Shown here piece after piece: positions 19,925 to 29,743 of a DNA stretch of 59,495 bases. The notes under the pieces were generated by a model. That model was given only the letters and a program-made list of their open reading frames with translations, was not told the origin of the DNA and made no database searches. The DNA is taken from positions 1 to 59,495 of IMG/VR virus record IMGVR_UViG_3300002514_000031; one strand, 5' to 3'. Origin of the DNA: a virus. Its lineage: Duplodnaviria; Caudoviricetes. Position 1 is the first letter of the stretch, and every line of letters starts with the position of its first letter. Made by a program: the position numbers and the translations under genes.

Positions 19925-20506
19925 TTATAATCCGATCACTTCCCCAGTTTCCAGCTCTTCGATGTTGGTGACCATAATGAATTGAACGCCCATTTCTTTT
20001 GACAAGGCTTCCATCATCTCCTTCACCTTTCCTCGGTAGTGAGCGGAAGGAGATTTGAAAGGTTCATCCATCACCAGCACTCTTCGGCACAAAGGACGTT
20101 TGAGCATCATACAGGTCAGACGAAGGGCAAGAGCAGCCACATCCACGCATCCACCTCCCGAGGCCGTCAGCGGATCCACTTGCTTTCCGTCACGCTCAAA
20201 AACCAGTTGAGCTTCGGTGCGTCCTCGCTTCCGTTCAAATAGGATCCTGAACTCATACGGTTCCTCAAACACCGAGGACAAACATCTGCTCACCACACCA
20301 GCGATTCGGGCGTGAACTTTCTGTTGGATGCTTTGAGATATGTTTTGAACTATTTCACGAGCCTCTTCCAGCGTTTCCTTTTCGTGGAGCACGTGATCTC
20401 GAGCGTCACGAGCGTCAGCCACGAGTTTTCGAGAGGCTTCATATTCAGCGGAGAGCTGAGTGACTTTATCATTCCACTGGGATAGCTGACTGGGGATCTC
20501 AGGCAT
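19925..20506 (-). CDS. sbcC: SbcC/Rad50-like ATPase, C-terminal half
   Basis: Coiled coil, ABC-signature-like ASGGG, Walker B VLVMDEPF; ATG 20506 with GGAGGAG RBS. Confidence 0.8.
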   Translation of the reverse strand: MPEIPSQLSQWNDKVTQLSAEYEASRKLVADARDARDHVLHEKETLEEAREIVQNISQSIQQKVHARIAGVVSRCLSSVFEEPYEFRILFERKRGRTEAQLVFERDGKQVDPLTASGGGCVDVAALALRLTCMMLKRPLCRRVLVMDEPFKSPSAHYRGKVKEMMEALSKEMGVQFIMVTNIEELETGEVIGL

Positions 20507-20750
20507 GTAAGATCTCCTCCCATTCGTTCTCGAAAGTCTCCAAAGCGTCATTGAATTCTTTTTGGGCTTGTGCGGTTTCCTTTTCCATCTGGCGTAGTTT
20601 GGTCTTGGCTTCTTTCAAAGTCGCACATCCCGTAGTTTCTTTCAGTTGCTTGAGAAGGAGATCCAGCTGGCCTTTGGCTTGGTCTTTGTTTCGGGTGAGA
20701 TCTTCTATTTGTTGCTTGAGTTCTTCGTATCTTTCGACTGCGGTTGTCAT
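20499..20750 (-). CDS. Small coiled-coil protein
   Basis: 83 aa heptad-rich protein overlapping both neighbours. Confidence 0.7.
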   Translation of the reverse strand: MTTAVERYEELKQQIEDLTRNKDQAKGQLDLLLKQLKETTGCATLKEAKTKLRQMEKETAQAQKEFNDALETFENEWEEILHA

Positions 20751-21673
20751 TTGGTTTTCTCCATCGCTTCGTATAGTTTTGCTTGTGTTTCTTTGCTGGG
20801 TTTCTTTTTGTCGATGTAACGCTGAACAGCTGCTCGGAAGTCCAGCGGATTTCTCACGAGTCCATCAAGAGCTTCCATGAACTCTGTCACGTCCAGTTCG
20901 GAAGTTTTAGGCTCCTCCACTCCTCGTTCCAGAACGTCTTTGGATGTATCGAGGAGATGTGTATGAATAGATCCGTTGTCCATTATCAATCCCACTTGCG
21001 GAGTGTAGTCAGCTTCGTCCGTTTTTCTTCGCATCAGGGTTCCGCAATTGAATACGGTTGTTGTCTTTTTGTCTTCTCGCAAAGTGTATTGAAATCCTTT
21101 ATGATTATCACCGAAGATGACAACGTCAAATTGCTTCAACCATTTTCGTTTGTTGGTGAGTCGCTGTTCTTTCGGTGCGTTGGGATAGCTGTGCCCTTGA
21201 ATCCAGCAATACTCGTGAACGAGCGCAATGTTGATTTTCTCGGAGCGCATGTTTTTTATTTTTTGTACTGGAACGCCCCACGGAAATCCGTACACATCCA
21301 TCTTTGCATAACAGGTTCTTTGAAGTGGCATTAAGTCTCTGATGGTTTGTGCTAAGAACAAAGATGCGTATGCACTTTTGTAAATGGAAGTGTAGTTGTG
21401 CTGAGGAAGATCATGTTGGCCTGGCACCGCCACCACTCTGGGCAGATGGGCCATTGCCCAATTGATAAGTTCTGGCGGCGAGTTCCACCGATCCAATACA
21501 TCACCAGCACAGATGATAGGTGCCTCGTGTTTGCGGGCGAGTTCACGAAGTTCATCCAGCGGTCGTTGCATCGCTTTCAACCAGTTGGGTTCTTTCGCAC
21601 GGCATCGAGGAGGGTTGAGTTGTAGATGAATATCTGCGCAGGCAATTGCTATCACTTTCCGCATAGTGGACAC
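20747..21673 (-). CDS. sbcD: SbcD/Mre11-like metallophosphoesterase nuclease
   Basis: ADIH, AGDVLD, GQHD and GDNH motifs. Confidence 0.88.
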   Translation of the reverse strand: MSTMRKVIAIACADIHLQLNPPRCRAKEPNWLKAMQRPLDELRELARKHEAPIICAGDVLDRWNSPPELINWAMAHLPRVVAVPGQHDLPQHNYTSIYKSAYASLFLAQTIRDLMPLQRTCYAKMDVYGFPWGVPVQKIKNMRSEKINIALVHEYCWIQGHSYPNAPKEQRLTNKRKWLKQFDVVIFGDNHKGFQYTLREDKKTTTVFNCGTLMRRKTDEADYTPQVGLIMDNGSIHTHLLDTSKDVLERGVEEPKTSELDVTEFMEALDGLVRNPLDFRAAVQRYIDKKKPSKETQAKLYEAMEKTK

Positions 21674-22656
21674 CTTTTGAATTTGGTTTTCATTTTCTCT
21701 TTTTCTTCTTTTAGCAGATCCGTGTTCAGATCATAATCGGTTCGCACACGTTGAGTACGGGCGATTATGATCTGAAGATCCTTCTTTTGTTTTTCTCGTC
21801 TGTTCCAGCGGGAGAACCGAACGGTGAGAGCTTTGACGGGCGGGATCTTCACCGCTGCTTTCTTCTCCGCTTCTTCCACGGATCCGATGAGATCCCGAAG
21901 AGCGGAAACCTTCCGCTCCAATCCAGCAGCTTTCCGTCCTGCCGTAACGCAGATGCCCGCTCCTCGCACCACTTTTGCCGCTGTTTTGTACCTCTCGGTG
22001 ATAGCTTCTACCTCTGACACCTGTTTTTGGCTTAGATCAAGGATTTGGCGGTGTTTCTGGTGTATAGCGGAGAGCTTGCGGACATTGTCCAGATCCTTCT
22101 TCAATCTGGGGATGTGGCGAAGGTTCTTGCGATTACTTCGGGCGGCAATCAACGCCTCCTCTCGATCATCAACCAACACCTGCGTCTTGCGGATCTCGGA
22201 AGCCAGATTGCTCATCGTAGAATCCATCAGCTCCAAGTCCACGATCTTGTTCAGACTTCGGCTGACTTCTCCCGCCGATAAGCTGAACCAAAAAGGAGAA
22301 TCAAATTGGCCTTGGAAATTCAGATCACTTATTGATAAGAAGTTGGCGATGGGTTGGGGTACATCTCTGCCGAAGGCTTTGTACAGCTGGTCTCCCATTC
22401 GGTAGGTGTTGGTGTTCCCTTCCCACCGCCTTTCAATTTCCACACCATCCACGGTCAGCGTGACGGATACTTTTTTGCTGTTCCAGTTCAGGAACTCGTT
22501 TCCAGCAGGTCGATTCAGGCACACCCATTCAATCGCACGGCGGATAGCGGATTTGCCCGCATCGCTTTTGCCTACGATGGTGGTGATGTTTTCGGTGAAA
22601 TCCAAATACAATCGTTTGTGTGCTTGGAATCCTTCGATGTCTATGATTTCAATCAT
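21652..22656 (-). CDS. sbcC: SbcC/Rad50-like ATPase, N-terminal half
   Basis: GFQAH, Walker A GKSDAGKS, Q-loop FQGQ, coiled coil ending in CPLC. Confidence 0.85.
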   Translation of the reverse strand: MIEIIDIEGFQAHKRLYLDFTENITTIVGKSDAGKSAIRRAIEWVCLNRPAGNEFLNWNSKKVSVTLTVDGVEIERRWEGNTNTYRMGDQLYKAFGRDVPQPIANFLSISDLNFQGQFDSPFWFSLSAGEVSRSLNKIVDLELMDSTMSNLASEIRKTQVLVDDREEALIAARSNRKNLRHIPRLKKDLDNVRKLSAIHQKHRQILDLSQKQVSEVEAITERYKTAAKVVRGAGICVTAGRKAAGLERKVSALRDLIGSVEEAEKKAAVKIPPVKALTVRFSRWNRREKQKKDLQIIIARTQRVRTDYDLNTDLLKEEKEKMKTKFKRCPLCGK

Positions 22657-22868
22657 GAAAAAAGACTTTCTTGGAACATCGGTTTCACCACGAGAAATTT
22701 TGGTGAGTGGTGGTTCTTCGGTTTGTACTTCGGGTTGGGTGTATATGAATGATTGGTTCCCAATCGTTTGATTGCTTTTTGTGCGTACACAGCTTTGGTA
22801 TATTTGGCAATGATCTCATAGGGGATCCCGTTCACGATTACTTTTTCAACTTTCTTCTTCTTGGTCAT
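22653..22868 (-). CDS. Small basic hypothetical protein
   Basis: GGAGG RBS; overlaps both neighbours. Confidence 0.55.
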   Translation of the reverse strand: MTKKKKVEKVIVNGIPYEIIAKYTKAVYAQKAIKRLGTNHSYTPNPKYKPKNHHSPKFLVVKPMFQESLFS

Positions 22869-23439
22869 TACTTCCTCCTGATAATTCCCTGATCACTCTG
22901 GCCACGTCTTTCGGTGTTACCATTAGAAAAAAGTCTGTTAGTTGTATTTGTAGGATCCGTCCGTGGATGGCTTTTGTTTTTATAATGAGAGAGGGTTCGT
23001 TCATTCTCATTTTATTGTTCAATCCTTGAGCCATTCTAAAAGGAAGGAGGATGGTGCTTTCTCTTTGATCCCTTTGGTGAATGACCATCCAGCTTATGGC
23101 AAGTGCTTCATCTCGGGATCGTATGGCTTGTTTCATAAAAGAGACCAATTCGGGTTCTTTCATTCGTTCTTTTTTGTCCACGATGTTACTGGCGAGTGCG
23201 GCTGGATAACCTCGCTTGAGTTCGATGGCAAAGAGATCTATCAGCGGTTGTCCAATCGGATCCGTGGCTTGAACATCTCCGTGATTTCCAAAGGTGCGTT
23301 TGTTCTTTTTACTGCGCACGGTGGCTCTGGCTCCGCTTCCCGCCGTTCTCCAAAACACGTCATCCCTTTGACCGTGTGTCCACCACAAACTTAGTTCCTT
23401 GCAAATTTTTCTCTCATATGGGGTTCCTTTGTTCGCCAT
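22846..23439 (-). CDS. Holliday junction resolvase (Hjc-like PD-(D/E)xK)
   Basis: KG..YER, SG, GDV and IELKRG motifs. Confidence 0.8.
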   Translation of the reverse strand: MANKGTPYERKICKELSLWWTHGQRDDVFWRTAGSGARATVRSKKNKRTFGNHGDVQATDPIGQPLIDLFAIELKRGYPAALASNIVDKKERMKEPELVSFMKQAIRSRDEALAISWMVIHQRDQRESTILLPFRMAQGLNNKMRMNEPSLIIKTKAIHGRILQIQLTDFFLMVTPKDVARVIRELSGGSNDQEEES

Positions 23440-23440
23440 G

Positions 23441-24319
23441 CTAGCATACTCCTGTGTACGGGCCAATTTTCAATAGTGTAACCATTCCGAGGTTGCGCAC
23501 GCCTTCCCGCCATTGTCTTTCGTTGGGAAGGGATTTGTGCGGATTGGGCTCAGGCGTTTCATGCCAAGGGAGCGTGACCAATTTCAAATTGCGTTTGTGA
23601 ATTGCTTTGCTTCCTCGGGAGTTGATGGCGATGGCTTTTTTGCTTTCGGGTTTCAATTTGTTTCGTAGAAATTGAATGGCTGTTTTTTCTCCAATCCCTT
23701 GAACGCCTCGGACGTTGTCGCTGATACATCCAGCGTATGCTTTGACGTCAGCCCATCGAGAAGGAAGGATCTTGTAGTCATTTACGAAAGAATGATATGT
23801 GGTTTCCTTTCGGGTTCGAGGATCGTACATAGAAACCTTCTCGGTCAGGCACTGAAACATATCGTGATCAGCAGTTACAATCACGCAAGAATCTTTTGGG
23901 TGTTTCTCGGAAATCTCCAACGCAGCCTTCGCAATCCAATCATCACTTTCGATCCGAGGACTCATCAACACATTCCCATATCCCATCGAAGGCAGAATGT
24001 GTACCCGAAGATCTCGTGTGCTCTTTCTGAATCGGCGTGCTTCCTTCTTCGCCACACCCAACTCTTCTTCTGAAAGGTTCTTCGGAGTTTCTTGGCGTTG
24101 GGCTTTGTACGGCGTGTAATGATCTCTTCGGATACTCACGCCCATGTCCCAGCAGAACACGGGGTACAAAGCGTCAAATTGTTTTTGGATTGAGAGAACC
24201 TCGCTCAAAAAACCATACGCAATTTCGGTAGGTTGTCCGTTGTGCGAAAGTTCATCCATAGTATATCGTGCCCTGTGACAAAGATAATTACAATCAATCA
24301 ACAACCAAGTATCACCCAT
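23441..24319 (-). CDS. 5'-3' exonuclease/flap endonuclease (Pol I N-terminal type)
   Basis: LLID, YKAQR, ESDD, TADHD and SDNVRGVQGIGEKTA motifs. Confidence 0.92.
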   Translation of the reverse strand: MGDTWLLIDCNYLCHRARYTMDELSHNGQPTEIAYGFLSEVLSIQKQFDALYPVFCWDMGVSIRRDHYTPYKAQRQETPKNLSEEELGVAKKEARRFRKSTRDLRVHILPSMGYGNVLMSPRIESDDWIAKAALEISEKHPKDSCVIVTADHDMFQCLTEKVSMYDPRTRKETTYHSFVNDYKILPSRWADVKAYAGCISDNVRGVQGIGEKTAIQFLRNKLKPESKKAIAINSRGSKAIHKRNLKLVTLPWHETPEPNPHKSLPNERQWREGVRNLGMVTLLKIGPYTGVC

Positions 24320-24346
24320 GACAAATTTCCTTTCATCCTTGATTGG

Positions 24347-25444
24347 TTATGTGTAACGTGGTTTCCTTTTCACTTCGCATTTCTCTTCGATCTCGTCCCA
24401 GACTTCCTGAACAATCATCCGCAGATCTTTTTCCAGCTCGTTCTTTTCGATGTACTGAATGAATCTTTCTACGGTTCCCGTGAAGTCAAATTCCTTGGGT
24501 TGGAAAAATGCTCCGCTTCTCCAATGACCTTCTGCGATGAGATAGTTCACGCAGCCTCCTACGTCATCGAAGCCAAATGAATAATAGATCGGTATGGTCA
24601 CCTTGCGGTCTTTTCCTTTGATTCTGTTTTTCTTTGTTTGGATAATAGAATCCACGCCAATGATTCGGGGTTTTCCTTTGACGTGTCGTTTGAGTTTCTT
24701 TCCGCAGGAACTCCAGATGGCCAACGTGGCATAGAAAGTGAGAGCGTGTCCACCAGAGCGGGTCTTTTTAGCGAATCCAAAATCAAAGTTGTCTCGGGTT
24801 TGACTGATAACGATGAGAATGGATCCTGACTTTCGGATCCTACTGAGCAACCTGCGGATCCCAGCGGAGTTCTTTTTTGCTTTCCCGTCTCCGAAAGAAC
24901 CTGTGGTGGTCTTTCCTTTGCGGTGAGCTTCTTTTTGATCCTCGAATTTGTCTTGTTCAGCATCGCTGCTCAGGGAGTCCATTGAGTCGAGAATGTATAT
25001 GAAGGGTTGTCCAGCTTTGATCGCATCGTCAATGTTGTAGTAAAATTCCTCAATGGTCGTGCTGCATCCGTTGTTGAGGTCATAAGGATCCTTGCTAGTT
25101 TTTTTGTTCGGTGGTTCGATGCGTTCGGCAACTTTGGATCCAAAGAATTTCGAGATGTCCATCAGTGCCCCGTCCTCACTGTTGTCGTAGATGAATCGGT
25201 AGTCATCGAAGTTCTTATTGTTCGCAGCTTCAGCGAGGCACGTCAGAGAGAGGAAGGTTTTGCCGCTGCTGGAGTCTCCTACAAGGTGGTAGTATTTGCC
25301 CTTCATGAATCCTCGGTTGATATGGTCTGAGATAGCGAGGTTCAAAAGAGTCGATCCCGTGGATACAAAATCCTGAACGGAAGGTTTGCGTGCTTTCTTC
25401 TTTTTTTTTCTGAGCTGCTTTTTTAGTTGTTCTGTTTTTGCCAT
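24347..25444 (-). CDS. recA: RecA/UvsX-like recombinase
   Basis: STGSTLLN, Walker A GDSSSGKT, ILDSMDSL, ISQTR and SGGHALTFYA motifs. Confidence 0.9.
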   Translation of the reverse strand: MAKTEQLKKQLRKKKKKARKPSVQDFVSTGSTLLNLAISDHINRGFMKGKYYHLVGDSSSGKTFLSLTCLAEAANNKNFDDYRFIYDNSEDGALMDISKFFGSKVAERIEPPNKKTSKDPYDLNNGCSTTIEEFYYNIDDAIKAGQPFIYILDSMDSLSSDAEQDKFEDQKEAHRKGKTTTGSFGDGKAKKNSAGIRRLLSRIRKSGSILIVISQTRDNFDFGFAKKTRSGGHALTFYATLAIWSSCGKKLKRHVKGKPRIIGVDSIIQTKKNRIKGKDRKVTIPIYYSFGFDDVGGCVNYLIAEGHWRSGAFFQPKEFDFTGTVERFIQYIEKNELEKDLRMIVQEVWDEIEEKCEVKRKPRYT

Positions 25445-25460
25445 GTTCGTACCTGTCATG

Positions 25461-25491
25461 GGGTGGAGTCGAAACCGTTCCAACTCCACCC
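25461..25491. promoter_or_regulatory. Intergenic hairpin between SSB and RecA
   Basis: GGGTGGAGT/ACTCCACCC inverted repeat just upstream of the RecA start. Confidence 0.5.
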
Positions 25492-25512
25492 CACACTACT
25501 TTAACAAAAGGA

Positions 25513-26769
25513 TCATCCATTAGCTTCTTCGTCACACTCGTTCCAAACATCGCACTTGTCGCACTCGTCCAGAGTCTCCAGATCTTTTCCGAAGGTTCCG
25601 CCGTGAGGGCATTTACCTTTTTTGCTTTTGCCCTTTTTGGATTTGTCCTTCGATGATTTCGCTGAACTCTTGGACGCTGAGGACTTTTTTGCTTTTTTGA
25701 TCAGCGTGAGATCCTCTGGAGCAAAAGACAACTCATCGCCGTCATCGAACGTGATGGTGACATCGTCTCCGTCAACGTCTTTTACAACGCCTTCATAGTC
25801 ATCACCTTCAATTTCGGCACTGACCCGATCTCCCTTTTCAATTTCAACATCGTCATCCCCAACTTCGGGTTCGGGTTCTCCTTCAGGTTCTTCATCTTCC
25901 TCGGGTTCGGGTTCTCCTTCGGGTTCTTCATCTTCCTCGGGTTCGGGATCTGGATCATCATCAGGCTCATTGTCTTCGTCAGGATCTCCCGCTGCCGCAC
26001 GGTCTGCGTCATCCTCATCTTCATCAGGATCTTCGTTAAGATCCTCGTTCTGATGGAAGATGGCTTCCAGTTCGTCATAGGTTTTCTCAATGAGAAGATC
26101 GTCCAAGCACACAGTCTCATCGAGGATGTCAGCGTCAAAATCTTCCTTGCGAGGTTTGAAGTTGACACTGGAAACTTTGTAACTGGTTCTCCCGCCGAAT
26201 TTGTTTTCAGCGATAACGAGCTTCAGCACCAGCCCACCTTCCAACTCGCAGAACTCGTCCAAGCTCTCGTCATCGTCTTGGTTGTTGATCTCATCGTTGA
26301 GTTTCTCTCCGAAGAAGAAGTTGCTGATGTCCCACAGCATTACTTTTTCGGGTTCCTTCATATCCACCACGTGGAACAACTGACGATAGGAAGGCTTCAA
26401 TGATTTGACCATCTCGTCCTGCGGATCTTTTTGCTTCTTCATCCAATCGCAAATCGGGCAGGGTTTCTTGAAGGTTCGGTTCAAGCAGCAGTAACTGTCT
26501 TGGTTGGCTCCTATGTTACGGTGGATCCAATAGGATCTCTCATAGTGGAGCGTGCCTTCATCGGCGTTGGGGTTTCCTTCTCCCGTCCAATACGGGATAA
26601 TGCTGACACGTTTGACTCCCATCTTGTCGAGTTTGAAGAAGTCCATTTCATTGGCTGGCTTCTTCACGGAGGTTCGTTCAAAACCTCCTGACTGTTGATT
26701 GGCTGCCGCTTTCTTGGCGTTCTTCGCAGCCATTCCTTTTTTATACTTTTTGTTTTTCTTCTTCGACAT
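25513..26769 (-). CDS. Single-stranded DNA-binding protein (T4 gp32-like) with extended acidic tail
   Basis: H...CC...CPIC zinc motif, very acidic C-terminal half, adjacent to RecA. Confidence 0.75.
   Translation of the reverse strand: MSKKKNKKYKKGMAAKNAKKAAANQQSGGFERTSVKKPANEMDFFKLDKMGVKRVSIIPYWTGEGNPNADEGTLHYERSYWIHRNIGANQDSYCCLNRTFKKPCPICDWMKKQKDPQDEMVKSLKPSYRQLFHVVDMKEPEKVMLWDISNFFFGEKLNDEINNQDDDESLDEFCELEGGLVLKLVIAENKFGGRTSYKVSSVNFKPRKEDFDADILDETVCLDDLLIEKTYDELEAIFHQNEDLNEDPDEDEDDADRAAAGDPDEDNEPDDDPDPEPEEDEEPEGEPEPEEDEEPEGEPEPEVGDDDVEIEKGDRVSAEIEGDDYEGVVKDVDGDDVTITFDDGDELSFAPEDLTLIKKAKKSSASKSSAKSSKDKSKKGKSKKGKCPHGGTFGKDLETLDECDKCDVWNECDEEANG
25865..25947 (-). repeat. 36-bp tandem repeat encoding PEPEEDEEPEGE
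   Basis: Two near-identical units inside the SSB gene. Confidence 0.85.
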
Positions 26770-26914
26770 CGGGTGCTCCTTTTCTATTGAGTGTTTGATG
26801 TTTGCCGTTATAATAGGCTGCTGTGATCACTTTGATCGTTGTGTATAAAATCGTGCATGGGATAATCAATATGAGAATGATTACCCGCTTGATTGTTTCT
26901 GTTAAAAATTTCAT
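26741..26914 (-). CDS. Small membrane protein, 57 aa (not in ORF track)
   Basis: MKFLTETIKRVIILILIIPCTILYTTIKVITAAYY...; ATGA overlap with upstream stop; fills the gap. Confidence 0.6.
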   Translation of the reverse strand: MKFLTETIKRVIILILIIPCTILYTTIKVITAAYYNGKHQTLNRKGAPDVEEEKQKV

Positions 26915-27390
26915 GATTGGTTTTTCAATTTGTCGGCGGATTTCTGACTGATGCGGTTCGTGGGCTTGGCGAAGTATCCTTGTCCGTGAAGTGCGATCAA
27001 TCCTTCCAACGCTCTCTTCCGATGCTCGAGGGCATTCATGAAAGCCTGAAGCACGTCAATGTCGTGGAGTGCTTGGAGTTCCAGATCTCGATATTGTTCC
27101 ACATTGTCATCCATCGCAACCGCTTCGGCAACTGCTCCCACGGTTGGTTTTTCTTTCAGGCCATGCTCTTCAGGATCCTTTCGGATCTTCTTGGCGGTTT
27201 CGGCCTGACAGACTTCCAACTCACTTTTGAATCGGCGTGCTTTGTCTTTCGCTTCCGCCAGTTCCAACGCTCGGGTGATAACGAGTCTGGGTTGTTCCAA
27301 GCAATGCTTTTCAAGCAATAACAAATCCAGATCGAATATGTCAATGTCCAAGTCTTTCTTTTTTGCTTTTTTCTTTTTCACTGTCTTCAT
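26911..27390 (-). CDS. UvsY-like recombination mediator
   Basis: All-helical 159 aa, ALEHRKRALEGLI..GYF ending, upstream of SSB and RecA. Confidence 0.55.
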   Translation of the reverse strand: MKTVKKKKAKKKDLDIDIFDLDLLLLEKHCLEQPRLVITRALELAEAKDKARRFKSELEVCQAETAKKIRKDPEEHGLKEKPTVGAVAEAVAMDDNVEQYRDLELQALHDIDVLQAFMNALEHRKRALEGLIALHGQGYFAKPTNRISQKSADKLKNQS

Positions 27391-27407
27391 TTTCTTTCTC
27401 CTTCTAC

Positions 27408-27419
27408 CTTATTATAGAT
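27408..27419 (-). promoter_or_regulatory. Phage promoter motif ATCTATAATAAG
   Basis: Exact 12-mer followed by AAGGAG and ATG 27390. Confidence 0.8.
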
Positions 27420-27432
27420 CACAAATCATTTT

Positions 27433-28362
27433 TCAATCCATTTTATCATGAACAACTTCCCAACACGATGCCGTGAGCCCAGCTTTCTTGCTGTCATAGA
27501 AGTTCTGTTGAAAAGCGTAGATGATCCGCCATGCTTTTTCGGCTAGTTTTCCTCCTCCGAGCAGCACAGAGTTTGCATATCCCAAAACCAACCATCGAAC
27601 GCTCTCAGGATCGTCATCCAGTTCCTTGAGAATGCCCGAGATTTTCTGCCAGCTGGGATTTGGAGAAATCAAAGCACGAGCCAGTTCAATCGCTTGTGCT
27701 TTCATGTCGATATTCTGAATGGCGTTGAGCATTTCTTCGTCATCTTCAATTCCCATTATAGCATTCAAGCTCACCAAAGCAGAACGGGCGGAACCTTCGG
27801 ACACCTCCACCAACCGATCCGCACACTCTTCAGTAATGATGATTTGTTCTTTTCGGCAGACGTAGTTGATCAGGCGTTTCATATCCGTATTCTTCAACAG
27901 CTTCACTACGATCTTCGTTGAGCGGGTGTGTATTGTTTTCTTGAGCTTCTGGGGATCGGTAGTGCTCAAAAAGAAATAGGCATGAGATGGCGTGTCCTCT
28001 AACATTTTCAAAAAGGCATCCTGAGCCTCTCCCGTCATGCGATGGCATTCGTCTATATGCCAGATGCGGCAGGATCCCGAGATGGGAGACAGACTCAGAT
28101 GCTTTTGAATGAAACGCACCATATCAATCCCACGCAAAATACTGCAATTGATTTCTTTGAAATCCTGATCGCCGCAGTCCATTTCTTTTTTCAGGATCCT
28201 CGCCAGCGTAGTTTTGCCGCAACCACTTGGCCCAGAGAAGAGGAGCGTGTGAGGCACTCGCTTGTTCTTGATCATCTCGTTCAATACTTTGACGGGTTCG
28301 GGTTGTCCCCAAACTCTTTTGAGGTCAGTGGGTCGATGCTTTTTGTACAATTCAGTTTTCAA
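27433..28362 (-). CDS. dnaX: Clamp loader, DNA polymerase III gamma/tau-like
   Basis: LYKKHRP, WGQ, Walker A GPSGCGKTT, IDECH and FLKMLED motifs; probable TTG start near 28362. Confidence 0.88.
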   Translation of the reverse strand: MKTELYKKHRPTDLKRVWGQPEPVKVLNEMIKNKRVPHTLLFSGPSGCGKTTLARILKKEMDCGDQDFKEINCSILRGIDMVRFIQKHLSLSPISGSCRIWHIDECHRMTGEAQDAFLKMLEDTPSHAYFFLSTTDPQKLKKTIHTRSTKIVVKLLKNTDMKRLINYVCRKEQIIITEECADRLVEVSEGSARSALVSLNAIMGIEDDEEMLNAIQNIDMKAQAIELARALISPNPSWQKISGILKELDDDPESVRWLVLGYANSVLLGGGKLAEKAWRIIYAFQQNFYDSKKAGLTASCWEVVHDKMD

Positions 28363-29743
28363 TTTTGATCTCCTTTTTGTCATTCCAACTTTGGCCTTCA
28401 TATGCAATCTCTGCGTCTATTCGTAGAGGCACCGAAATCCATTTCCATTTTCGTGCGAGATCTCGGGTCATTATTTTCTTTGCGGCAGCGAGATAATCCT
28501 GAACTTCATCGACAGGAACGTCAGCCACGATGCTATCATGGATCTGTCCTACAATCTTTGCTCCGCTTCGGTTTCTCTCGATCCATTTTTGTAACCTCGT
28601 CAGGCTCCAAAGCAAACAATGAAAAGCGGATCCCTGAATTGGGGCGTTGATCGCTTCGTTCCTTTTGAAAACTCCGTTCTCAATGAAGCCAGTCAGCGTC
28701 TGCCACCCGCCGTTCTTTTGATATTCACTCCACCACTTCTCTTTCCATTCCGCATATACTTTGAAACGACTGCCCCAGAAATTTGCTTCAACTTCTTGGA
28801 TATGTTTTTCAAATGTTCGTGCCTTCGGTTTCTGCTTAGGATCGCAGGCACCCAATCGAGTGATGCCTTGTTCTTTGAGATGGTCGGTGACCAGCGTTCC
28901 GTTCTTCATGCTCAACTTCCCGCTCACGATATGATCCCAGAGATTGCGTGCGCAGTTGATATAGTAGTCTCCATAGAATTGCGGGAAGATGAATTTGTTT
29001 TTGCCTCCGTATCGTAACTGCTTGGTCACTTGATCGGTGTCCATCATATAGCATTCCGCTGCCATGTCTCGGTGCATGTCCAATGAAAGATCTTCTACAT
29101 AGGCCGTCAACCGAGGATCGTGATGATAGCAACAGGAGATCCCCACTTCAATTCCGCTGTAGTCAAGTTCAACCAGAGCGTGGCCAACCCGAGGAATGAA
29201 CGCTTGCCGAATCAGATCGGCAATCCATTCTAACCTGATTGGGATGTTTTGGAAATTAGGTCTTTCACTGCTTCCACGGAAGGTGGAAACGAGATGAAGA
29301 GAGAAGATTGGGTGAAGAAATCCGTCAACAGTTTCCTTTTGGATTCCGTAGAGGTAGGTGGAGAGTGCTTTTTGTAATTTGGAGATCTTGAGAAACCGTT
29401 TGACATAAGGGATTGACAAGCTGGAGAGACTTTCCTCATCAGTTCGAGGCCGTCCAGTAGGTGTTCGATTGACGCACGCGTGCCCCATGCGATTGAAGAG
29501 AACCTCTCCAAGTTGCTCACGGCTGTTGAAGTTGGCACTCCTCCCAAATGTAGTTTTCCAAACTTGAGTGACTTCATCTTCTTCAAGAGAGCGGTACAAG
29601 TTGGCGATGCGTCTTTTTGTTTTCCCAATAGCTCCTTCGAGATAATCCGTATCAATTCTGATTCCATTGGATTCGATCCTGCTGAGGGTTTGGAGTCCTT
29701 CGTGAAGTAGTTTGTACGCTTCGGGGGTGGTGGCTCTACTCAT
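28352..29743 (-). CDS. polA: Family A DNA polymerase, polymerase domain only
   Basis: PNFQNIP, motif A DYSGIE, motif B R..GK....FYG, NAPIQG, motif C QIHDSI. Confidence 0.92.
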   Translation of the reverse strand: MSRATTPEAYKLLHEGLQTLSRIESNGIRIDTDYLEGAIGKTKRRIANLYRSLEEDEVTQVWKTTFGRSANFNSREQLGEVLFNRMGHACVNRTPTGRPRTDEESLSSLSIPYVKRFLKISKLQKALSTYLYGIQKETVDGFLHPIFSLHLVSTFRGSSERPNFQNIPIRLEWIADLIRQAFIPRVGHALVELDYSGIEVGISCCYHHDPRLTAYVEDLSLDMHRDMAAECYMMDTDQVTKQLRYGGKNKFIFPQFYGDYYINCARNLWDHIVSGKLSMKNGTLVTDHLKEQGITRLGACDPKQKPKARTFEKHIQEVEANFWGSRFKVYAEWKEKWWSEYQKNGGWQTLTGFIENGVFKRNEAINAPIQGSAFHCLLWSLTRLQKWIERNRSGAKIVGQIHDSIVADVPVDEVQDYLAAAKKIMTRDLARKWKWISVPLRIDAEIAYEGQSWNDKKEIKIEN

